From Phoronis australis (Eukaryota; Animalia; Phoronida), in assembly GCA_002633005.1 (NCBI GenBank), contig NMRA01000446.1, forward strand, positions 274,334 to 338,333: a stretch of 64,000 nt of DNA, in the 5' to 3' direction. The notes under the pieces are model-generated. The model did no database searches. It saw nothing but the letters and a program-made list of their open reading frames with translations, and was not told where the DNA came from. Positions 53,596 through 64,000 of this stretch are shown one piece after another. The first letter of the stretch is position 1, and every line of letters starts with the position of its first letter. A program made the position numbers and the translations under genes.

Positions 53596-53746
53596 CATGG
53601 GTGGAGCAGCACAGAAAAAAGTGGGGGAGGGGGCTAAAGAACCCCTTAGCCCCCCTGTGGTGCACCGCCTATAGACCATGTGTGGCATAGCACTGAAAAA
53701 AGTGGGGACTATAGCCCCCCCAGCCCCCTATGGTGCGCCGCCCATG
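53596..53746. mobile_element. Tandem dimer of the ~75-bp CATGGGCGG MITE with a single 5-bp TSD
   Basis: Two head-to-tail units (gcac.gaaaaaagtgggg...ggtgc.ccgcc); tatat on both sides. Confidence 0.8.
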
Positions 53747-55439
53747 TATATTTCTGACATAAACATAGAACGTCATCACTCTGTATTAGTTACACGCCAC
53801 GTTCCCTTTACGAATATTTAAAGTGTGAATAGTTCACAGCAGACATGTATAACTTACGACTAATTTTTTAAGACTAATCTTACGATTATTACCACTGTTT
53901 GTGACGGACGGTAATCAATCACACTTAAATCGACTCTTCTATATTCAAAACGTGTTTTATCAGCCATGATTAAACCTGTGAGTGGATTGTTTTTTCTTGA
54001 GACATACAGCATAACTGCGAAGTCGTGCACTTAGAAAATAGGGTCGAGGAACCGTCGCTTTGATAAAAAATAAGGTACTTTAAAAAACATTTTAAAATGA
54101 CCAGGCGTTACTACAGTTTCTGTGAATACCTCATAATCAACATAAAACGTTAATACACGCACAGTTTGAATTTACGAAAAACTCGTACAATTTCAGTAAA
54201 AAACAACAGTATCTTTAAGCTGTAAAAGTAGGTGACTTTCTTTTCTACTTTTCAACGACATATCCCGCCAACGACATACATCTTACTTATCACGAACTTC
54301 GATACGAAATGTTCAAAGATGAGCTTTGTTTTGAGCGAGTTTTGACAGGCGGCAATCCTTCATCCAAAACACGCAGTGTTTGTTCTACGCACGACATGTT
54401 CCATGCTCTGATCAGAAGGGGCTTCCGAAATGACAGAGTTTCGTAAATGCTTCATACCAGGGCTTAGTACCGTAGACTCAAGAATCTTGCGCAAGAAGCT
54501 AGGTAATCATGTACTTTGCTTGTAATACATGGCGATATCTTTTCATCATGGATAACGTACGCCGAAGCCTGCAGTGACTCGTCACGGCAACAACGTTGAA
54601 ACACTTGAATAATGAGTTGTGAACTTCGATTGCCCTACCAGCTTTTACGAATCCCCCTTTTCGTCAATGAAGCAAACTTTCGAGTTCATACTGTGACATC
54701 ATGTGGTAGACTCCACTGCATCCATCCACACCTGTGACAGATGCAAGGGTGGTCAGTCAGCCAAAATTAGCGGTTATCATCTTACTGAGATCTGGGCTAC
54801 GGGTTATAAATTCCAAACTCGAAATCATATTTATTTGTCGAACTTTCTTACTTTTACGGATACGGAATTCATAATGTAGAAAGATACTGCACTCCAGAAA
54901 CGTTTGTAATTTTCAACCCCCATTTAAAACGGATCAATTTTAGCGGACTCACGAAATATCGATATTCACGACACGTTGTTTCGCATTTCTTGGTGAGCCG
55001 ACTCGTGGTCGAGCCGGTCTTGCTTCGTGGTGATTGCACAGTCAGTGTCTTTTACCGCTGAACACATTGATTGTTACGCCACCTTTGGAGCTGATTAGAA
55101 AAAAACAATTCGCAAGGCCACGGACCACAACTAGGATACTTAGTACGAGAAAAAATGCGATTAACTGTGCTATTGCCTTCTTTATAGCACAAACACCCTA
55201 AATGGGATTCGAAAAAATATAGTTAAAAAATTCTAGTGAGGAATTGTGGAAATCACACAGTAACCATTCCTGGTGCCGAGATTTTCTGAAAGTAAGCCAC
55301 ACGGTGTATATTTGGAAAATAGCGTACTTTTTACTTTTTTGTTTGCCCATAAACGGAAATCCTGACAGCGACATCGATATGGAATGGGGAACGATACGTG
55401 TAAAGAGTTTATGTTAACAATGGCACCGTTCTTACTTTA

Positions 55440-56015
55440 AACACTTGATGGAACTGTGCTCAACCGTCATCTTCAGCTGGTCTCCTACTGTCCTTAATGG
55501 TTTCGACCCTAAACCAAGACCATCTCTAGTAGGCGGGACAACAGAGTTGATCAGGCTCTGCCTGACGGTTGTTGATGGTATTGCTGTTGGTGCTTCATCC
55601 ATATCCAACAAGATGCCTGTTCAGCTTCGCCAACAAGATGCCTGTTCAGCTTCGGTGGCCACATCGCGTAGAAGAACCTTCTTTCCTGTCGCAGAGACGC
55701 CCAGAGACCTTGCCATAGCAGTAACCGAGCTGGCCGGAAAACCACGGCAACCAACCTCCACAGAAAAACTCCAACACCTCCAGCCGTTAACGTGGCAGTC
55801 ACTCCTCAGATCAGTATATTTCAGGTTCTTCCGCTCATGTGCCTCTTCTACCCTACTCTCCCACGGAATGGTGAGCTCGATCAGGATGATCTGGTGGGAA
55901 CTGTCCGAATAAAGAATCAAGTCAGGGCGCTGGGTAGTCTGGACAATGTGCTGTGGGAAGGATGACTGGTGACCGGCAAGATCAACACACAATATCCAGT
56001 CGTTGCTTAATAGCA
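55440..56015 (-). mobile_element. 3' fragment of a HERO-clade (R2-group) non-LTR retrotransposon: restriction-like endonuclease and 3' UTR
   Basis: RPDLILYS...IILIELTIPWESRVEEAHERKNLKY...GWRCWSFSVEVGCRGF...EAEQASCWIWMK. A 25-bp tandem duplication (55605-55654) causes a frameshift. Confidence 0.88.
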
Positions 56016-56379
56016 GAACAGTGATAAATCTATTGATATCTTATTTCTTATACAGCCTTGGTTTCGTCTGACACTTGTTGACGTTTTCCATTTTGGGAAA
56101 CGCTTCAAAACATAGGCATTTTTATTCGTGGCCCCGAAAGCGGATCCAAGGACATATTTTCAGAAACCTTTCTGAGTAAACGTCAACCCACGAACCTATA
56201 TTGGGGGGAGGGGGGGGGGGNGGGGGGGTTGTATAACTTCGAGGTGGAAGGACAAAGACGGCTCCGCAACGTCGGGAGAAAGTGTCAACTGATTTTACTC
56301 CAGAAGTTTGGAATTATAATTAATAACGAAATTAACGCCAATGTCTGTATCGACTCCGAAACTAGTGGTTTCTGGGACA

Positions 56380-56507
56380 CCTGAGCAATCCCTTTTTATT
56401 GTCGAGAAAAATAGATTTCTGGGATCAAGTTGAGCACGGAGTCGAACCTGAATCCTCGCGGTTGCAAAAGCTTTGCTGCCGGAGTTAAAACTCACTCGAC
56501 TTCAGCG
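56380..56507 (-). mobile_element. Possible tRNA-derived SINE head
   Basis: Minus strand has a perfect B-box GGTTCGACTCC (56448-56438) with an A-box-like gtcgagtgagtt ~45 nt upstream; no proper cloverleaf. Confidence 0.4.
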
Positions 56508-56776
56508 AATGTCTAGGAACAACGGCGAGAATTGGCGACTTGTATAAAAAACAAAACAAAAACACAACAGATTTAGTTGTTTTATAACTCTGCTCAACGC
56601 TAATAACCTCATGAAGTTTATCTCATCCAACAGGAATCAGAAAATGGGGTTTTCGGCCGTAAAAACGATAGTGTCCATTTAAATAATTATAGAGAATGAT
56701 TAGAACGGCTTCAGGTGCCTAATAGAAAAATGTCAGTAACGTAACATGTTAAGGGTATCAGAAAACTAACTTTTAT

Positions 56777-56858
56777 TATTACTTGGGGATACACTTAGTG
56801 TTTGGGGATACACTTAGTGTTTCGTCATTATTACTTGGGGATACACTTACGTGTTTCG
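56777..56858. repeat. Short tandem duplications of ttggggatacactta
   Basis: Three copies visible. Confidence 0.85.
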
Positions 56859-57949
56859 TCGCATCTTATTGCTCTTGAGCCAATCTAACTATACCCTCTC
56901 AGTATCCCAACACTGTTAATGACTTTTTCTTTTACTATTAACATTTTTCTATGCGCAAACAACAGTAACGTTAATAGCGAAGCGCCTCAAACGAAATTAA
57001 TATAGAACTCGAATAGCAGAGATATTAAGAACTTCATAAAAAGAGTATACGCTTTCATATAGTCAATTATGGCTGTCCCGGTGGCTATTCTGGGAGAACA
57101 AATTTCCGTATTTCCATTATATTGTTGCACGAAGTTGCAAAAAACCACTAAGAAAACAACGGATTCACCTAGAATTGTCCCTGTGTGCATGACGTGTATA
57201 ATTTTCAATTTGGTATGCGACAAATCGGAAGATGTAGACATTGGTTAATTATAGTAAGAGGTAATTGCGTGCGACAATCGTATAGATTAATCGAACAGTG
57301 AAGAATTGTGGACATAAACACGTAACCTTCTTGTACACTACTGATGTGGAACACAATTTGGCCTATATTTTGTAAATCAATACCGTACCTTTGGAAGTTA
57401 TAATGTTCGATAAAACAAAAAAAAAAAAAAAAAACAGACCACAACCAACTAAGCCCCTAATNGACTAGCGTTTTCATTCACCTACAATGCTGTATTATCA
57501 ACAATATTTATTACTACTCGCCAGAGGGCGCAAATTTTAATTTAGGATCGAACCCAATACAACTTACGTAAACATTACACAGAAACGGGCATGACTTTGG
57601 GATCCCTGTGAGTGTCTCAACAACTGAGGCAGTGGAATACACAAAGTACATGTAGTTGCAGAGGGTCAAGTAGCAAGTATAAGCGAGTTGTACTAAAAAG
57701 GAAGAGAATTGTGTTTGGTCACGTGACGTTATTAAACAACATGTTGGGACTGCAAATATTTATGAAGGTCATGTGAATAGAACAGACGACGATTCTTCCA
57801 GTATTCGGATATGTTACGTAACAACAGTGAAAGTAGAACATTTCAAATCACATGGAAACTTTTTGACAATCTTGTCAAACGGCAGGCAACACGAGTGGGC
57901 CATCTTGATAATATTCGTTTTTAAAACGATTATTGAAGTGTATAGCAGG

Positions 57950-58105
57950 CATTGGCGGATTTAGCGAGGGGGGAGGCGGCCATGACACCCCTAAAATTCT
58001 CCTAGATTCCGTTTGACAGCTCGGGGGTTCGAATGTCTGACGGGCAAAAGCCTTGCTATTACCCTGCCGTGGCCCCACCAACTCAAAATCCTGGATCCGC
58101 CCCTG
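57950..58105. mobile_element. MITE, CAGTGGCGGAT...ATCCGCCCCTG family
   Basis: cattggcggattt...ggatccgcccctg; flanks atagcagg/atagcaaa (imperfect). Confidence 0.75.
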
Positions 58106-61100
58106 ATAGCAAAGCTACCAGATTCAGTCATTTAACCAGAGTTTTCTGTCTTTTACCCAACAACAATCTGGTCAGATGTTGACTCATTTTCAAACATTCC
58201 TCTAAAAGCTGACTTCAGGTAACGCCGGAAAAAATTTCCCGGTGAATTTCAATTGGCGTCAGATGACAGTGAAAGTAAGAATTAAGAAAATAAGGGCTCC
58301 GACCCATTTCAGTAAGCATTAGATGACATTTTCTTTTTGAAACTATAGACAATTAAAAAGTAACACATTTTGTCATACGCTCTATATGTCAATTTCCGAA
58401 ACAAATGCACATATTCCTACTTAGGTACGGCGGCCTCCACATGGCATTAAAAAAACAATATTAACTTGGTCTTTACCATTCGAGTAAAATGTAATTTTAT
58501 CGGTGGGAAAGTACTTTTCACCCACAGGCAGAAAGTGACTTTTCCCCGGCCTCTAAGGTTTGTAACCAAGATCGAAATTATTTTTGACATTTTGCGTTCT
58601 ACTTTTGTGCGGATTCAAAATATTTGTCAATAATTCTATGATCGGGATACACTGTGGTTTACATGACATGCCTGTCTTATCCTAGCTGACACTTAATGAC
58701 CTCGGCAGTTACTCTATAACTTCGAGATTTTGAACTCGAAAGTACGGATTTTTCTTCGAAAACTTGAGTTTTTACTCAAGATTATAGCTCGAATTAAGAG
58801 GAATCAAGTTCGACCTCACACTGCATCCGTTAGTCCGCTGGCGTATCATGGATGTTTATGGAATTTTGCACACATGTTCCTATTATAAATAGGACGAAAC
58901 GAGTGAATTTCAGAACAGATTCGATTACTGTTGTTTCCCTAGTGGCAATTTTAGCTTCTATATCTACCGAGCTCATTCACAGATGCTCATAATGACTCCG
59001 TATTTTTAGACAAATCTTACACAATCTGCACTCGCTATTGGTCATGTTCATCAAAATTGCATTTGTTTTGAGGCCCCCTCAAAGGATCATTATGAAATTT
59101 CACAGATGTGTTGCTAATGAGATGAGCACGTTGACGTTTATTTTGTGGACGAGTAGAACTACTGTGGCTACCCTTAGTGACAAATTAGGTTTTCTTTGTG
59201 ACGCTTCTGCATTTTCTAAGTTCCGAAATAGATTTTTTTGAAACTTTACAAATAGGCTTTGACTAAGGAGACGACGACACGTTCCCATTTTCGGATGGAT
59301 TCAAAATATCCTGCGCCCCCTATTGAGACCTTTTTAACAGTTTCGTCAATTCTTGGCGTCCGATTCTCTATCTGCCACCACGCAATTTAGAGGTGTGTTC
59401 CTAGAGAGATGATTGGCGTAGATGTAGAAAGGGGCCTACAAGTGTGACACCCTACAATAACATCATAGCTGTCTGACTAAGACTCAGTATCTTCCGATTT
59501 CTAGCTTTCATTGATATTCATGAACACTGATACGTGATCTCGTTGAAGAGAGTGTGTCTGACGTTGATTTTGGGACTGTTCTGACTACCGTCGCAATTCA
59601 GCCTTATATGCGTAAGACTATATCTAACGAGTTCCTTGATGGATGCTCCCGAAAATTGTTTAGTTTCTATCCAGGAGATGACAACACTTTCGTGGTGCGC
59701 TCTCTAGTGGAACTTCTATTTTTGTAAGTTTCACGATACTGCTAAGCAACCCTAAAAGCATACCATTTGCGATTCTGACGTGAGAGCATTTCGACGCTTT
59801 GCGTTGCTTTTTTAAACCATGAAAGTCTAGCCCTGAAATGCCAACTCCGATCTCGGTTGCGCCGCGCATGCACGATAGTTGTTTGCATTCAGTATGTGTA
59901 CTTGATACGGAATTTACTGTCATTAAAACTTTATGCAGTTCTGCCCTTTTTCAACCGAATTACATAAGACCCATATCATTAGAATGTCATTTTCCAGTTG
60001 TTTATGATTATAGCAGAAGCAAACGACAAATAATTTAATTCATATGTAATTATCATTTCGCATACCTGACTGGTTTAAAAATGGTTTTTAATTCTAAAAA
60101 CCAAGAGTGTTACTCAAATGCGAAAAAAGCAGCGTTTTATAGTAAAATAAAAGGGAAATGAACCAAAGAGGTTATAGATGACTAATTAAGCCATTAGGGA
60201 AGGAATTTCAGTAATTCAAAACATTTCTACACTATAGAGACAAAGATTTTAGAATATGGATTCCTCACACTTGCTGTGGTTAATTTAGTCAAACAATAAA
60301 CATAGTTATTAATTGGACCTTTAGTGCCGCTTGATACAATTACACTATTCAGTAAAAGTTCAGAATGCAGTAACATTGACGGAAAATGCGATAATCTACT
60401 CCGAGTATCTATCCGAAATTTGCAGATAAAGGTTTTCTGACACATAAATAATAGACAAACAAAGCATTGAAATGTAATGTGGGTAAATCATCACAATCGT
60501 TGCAAAGGACTTTCCATAAAAGTTAGAAACAAACTCTTGTCTTCAGCAAGTAAAAGTTATTGATCCTGACACATACAGTGTAAGTTACAGTAAAAAGAGA
60601 CACTGCAACGCATTTCTACGATTTTTATGTTACTAAAGAATGTAGACTCGTGAATAACAATATTCATGAAAGAGACAAACGTTGTTTTGATCACCTGTTC
60701 CACGGCTGCCACGATCAACATTCAAGAACAAAAAAACGAAACAACTAGATTGAAAAGCGGGGCTTCAGTATAAAAAGCGGGTCTAAGACAAAAACGTGAG
60801 CGTAAAATGTCTGCTACAACAAACAAAGACGTACCGACAGCGTTTTTGTCGAACGGGAGATCTAAAACCCCAAAATCACCCCGGCCAACCCGCGATCGAG
60901 AACGACCGGAAAGCGATCGAGAACGAAATTTGCCGCGAGAAGCGAAGCCAGGCAAGGTTAGTAAATTTGATGAATTTCCGTTGTTTTTATTTCCAATTTG
61001 AAAACAGAGACATTAGTTCAAGGCGTAACACATTGAGGAAGGGCAGGTAGAGGTTTAGGCTAGTGTCTCTTCCAATTATAGGAGAAAAGTTACGTTGACC

Positions 61101-62744
61101 GAGGCATCGCTTAAGCAGAAGGTGATTTGTATGTCATTTTGGCAAATTGCCGTTATTTTTGGCACTAAATCAATAAATTGACCATGGAGTTATGAAGAAA
61201 TGACGTGTGAAAACATAACGCAACGCTTGTTTCTTGTAGTTTTGTCAGGATCTATGATTTTTCGACGCTTTTCTGCTAAAAGATGCGATCGAGAACGCAA
61301 CGATAAGCGATCGGGAACGCAAATTTGTGCTTTGTTTATGCGATCGGGAACGCATCGTGGTTTGTCGAACATTAATGAACTTTTTACTTATAAAACGTGA
61401 AAAAGGTTACAAAATAAGTGTGGTGATATGAATTAATCACATTTTGTGTCATTACTGTGTTACTTTCGTATCAAAACTGAACAACAGCATAGCATATTAC
61501 CATTAAATTGCCATGAGCACTACATGCACATCAAGCATAATTTTAGTTTCACAAACGAATTTTATTTTCATTTCAGGAAACAAGTTCACTGCTATTCAGT
61601 GTGGGGCGAGCTTCAACGAACATGTTACCCACGATGTGAAGGTACACCCTACCATGGTTTTGAAAAGTACAGGCATCTACTTTGAGACGAAACCACTGAG
61701 AACAAGGGTTTCTAAACTGAAGACTCACCCAGGAGTTGTTCCGTGTGGCGTGTCAATCAGGGGTAAACAAATTGTTGCAGCACCGACATGAAAGGGAGTG
61801 TAGAATCTTCTTGTAAAATTGTGACAGCAAAAGGAAAAAAAAACAAATAGACAGTGAAGTCAAAGAATGATGATGAGCTTGCCCATAGGAAGAGAGGGGA
61901 GTGTGGCAACACTTCACGAGATGATTCAAAGACTCCCACTCATAAACGTGTGGGATCTAAAACTTGGCCAGAAGTTGTGTAATCTGGTGTGCTGATAAAA
62001 CGGGTGGGATTTTACTTGATGTTTTACTGATAACATAGATACAGAGATGAACAGATTGACTTGTGGCGCATTGTGTTTGACTCTTCTGTTTTGTAGTCTT
62101 GGTCCTAAGTTCACCTGCATCATCAGTTCATGATCTCCAGTTTAATGTGACATTGAAAAAGATTGAGACAGTTGTAATACACATACTATATTGTGATTTT
62201 CTCAAACGTAGTCAACATGTTGTCATTAACGTCACTTCAACTACACACTGTAGTGATTTACACAGGAAATCAAGAATACTATAGCACTTCTATAATAATA
62301 TTAATCTTTTATCACATATAACTCAAAATTGGTCTTACAAAAATATATAAATTTATTTCTTTAGGGAAATCAACATAACAAATCCATTGAACATTTCCAA
62401 CGAATTACTTTTGGAATGTATTAGACTAAATCATCACTGAATCATAGACAATGTATTTAGGACTGATTATAGTATAATAGTCTGTCAACGGAAATCAACA
62501 ACAGTATGAAAGCAATTTCTACAATAATCATAGACATATATTTTCATTTAAGGTACATGTACTAACTGCTCAGAACAACTGTATATAAGTATTGCTCAAT
62601 GGCACTTTGTATGGCCATTTAAATCTACCTAAACACTACAAAAATGTACTGGTTTTGTTAAAAATCCTTTTGAAATAACACAAATATAGAAAGAAACTTG
62701 AGGAAAAAGGTTCAAAACAAAACGTCAAAATACTATCACATCAG

Positions 62745-62881
62745 CATTGCTGTAGTGGGGCGTAGGCGCACGTAGGCGCAGCCAACCACCTTTTGGCATT
62801 TGAACATAGCGCCTACGCACAGTAAGTTACGTTCAGTGCTCTGGGCGCCTACTTCTCTTTAATTTTACCACTACAGCACTG
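62745..62881. mobile_element. 137-bp hAT-type MITE with perfect 8-bp TSD
   Basis: TIR CATTGCTGTAGTGG / CCACTACAGCACTG; cacatcag at 62737-62744 and 62882-62889; internal gtaggcgc motifs in both orientations. Confidence 0.88.
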
Positions 62882-62974
62882 CACATCAGACAACTACCAA
62901 CCATAAACTCTGTAAATCTAAATAAACTATAGCGACTTAACAACCTTCACCACTTGACTTAATGATTTCATGCA

Positions 62975-63420
62975 TGACGTTTCTGCTTGCTATGCCTGTA
63001 GAAGGAGGCATACTGTTTGCATGACATGCCGCATTCACCAAAAAAGGAGTGTCATCGTGTTGTGACTCAGTGTCGCACCAGGCTCACTCTTTCCGCGAAA
63101 CATTGATTACAGATAGGACACTGAATCGATATTGGTTCCTGAGCATGATGCTTCATGCTGTGTTTTACTATATTGGTAAAAACTCTTGACGCATGCAACG
63201 CGTCAATCACAGGGCTGGTAAAGGTCTTGCTTTGTTGTAGTGTCACTGTATGGTATTGCCATGTGGTCATACTGAGACGATTTATTAGTTCCTGAACAAG
63301 GGTCCACAACACACACACACACACACACTCACTCCATTGTGACATGCAGCAGTTGTACTACTCTTTTTTTGAAGGCGTGGACGTTAACACCCTGAAGGAC
63401 TCCTCGTGTGGCTACAGTTC
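62975..63420 (-). pseudogene. Degenerate C2H2 zinc-finger exon
   Basis: IQCPICNQCFAERVSLVRH* followed by ECGMSCKQYASFYRHSKQK and an upstream KH.MKHH; stops and frameshifts; acceptor ttttttcag near 63424. Confidence 0.6.
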
Positions 63421-63744
63421 AACTGAAAAAAATCTAACGCATTCAGTTATGTTTGTTAGGCTAAATCTCACTTAGAAATAATGAAAAAACGACGAAATGT
63501 AATTAATAATCAACCCATCAACTAATTCAGTTCCGTATTATTCTAAAATTATTGACATGATACCGGAACTTGAACGACTATTCAGGCCAATGCAGAGAAA
63601 AAAATGTGCGTTCACGATCGCCTTTTTTGCGTTCACGATCGCCATAGAGAATGGGGCTATTCGGAAAATCTACAATAACTAGAGGGCGTGCGTGTACTAG
63701 TGGTGATAGATTACCAGCCTCGATTTCGCGAGCCCTTTAAATAC

Positions 63745-63837
63745 ATGGTGAAATGGCTTGCAGCCGTGCCAACTGAATGTGAGATTGCGTAAAAAGGGTG
63801 CTTCTATGAGAGGAAGTAAGCACGACCTCATACAAAG
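63745..63837 (+). pseudogene. SAP-domain-like exon fragment
   Basis: QLNVRLRKKGASMRGSKHDLIQR fits the SAP consensus (LK..LR.RGL...G.K.DLI.RL) and ends AG|GTAAGA; an in-frame stop lies just upstream. Confidence 0.55.
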
Positions 63838-64000
63838 GTAAGATTTGTGATTATTTTTACGATTATTCCATGATTATTCTACCGATGCCTGTTAACTGAG
63901 GCACTCGCCGATGTCGACTTCGCGGCAGTCAGTCGCCAGCCAGAGTCTGGTTAATCTTTATATGTTGTGATATGTGATACGATACTTGACGTAGCAATCG

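Noticed and set aside
55445-55912. 155-aa plus-strand ORF
   Set aside because: Antisense shadow of the HERO endonuclease frame.
56430-56507. Functional tRNA gene
   Set aside because: Only the B-box is good; acceptor and anticodon stems do not form, so it is kept as a possible SINE head.

Overview
This is eukaryotic, intron-rich DNA from a bilaterian invertebrate (the receptor looks lophotrochozoan-like, but that is inference). One host gene is clear: a GnRH/AKH-type neuropeptide GPCR on the minus strand. Three coding exons (10186-9675, 7488-7383, 2729-2525; N-terminus to ICL3) splice in frame through canonical GT-AG sites; TM6-7 must lie left of the window. The remaining ~54 kb holds no intact host gene and is a transposon graveyard. 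It contains CR1/L2-, RTEX- and HERO-type LINE fragments, a decayed Academ element with a split TIR, and a TTAA-flanked Kolobok-like element with convergent THAP and P2X7-ballast-like pseudogenes. It also holds several MITE families (one with unusual 5-bp TSDs), C2H2 and SAP relics, SINE-like heads and many micro/minisatellites. I see no convincing wholly new system. The best leads are the 5-bp-TSD MITE family, the Kolobok cargo, a receptor uORF and a CpG-depleted relic segment. Element edges without TSDs are approximate, and all family calls come from motif recognition by eye, not database searches.
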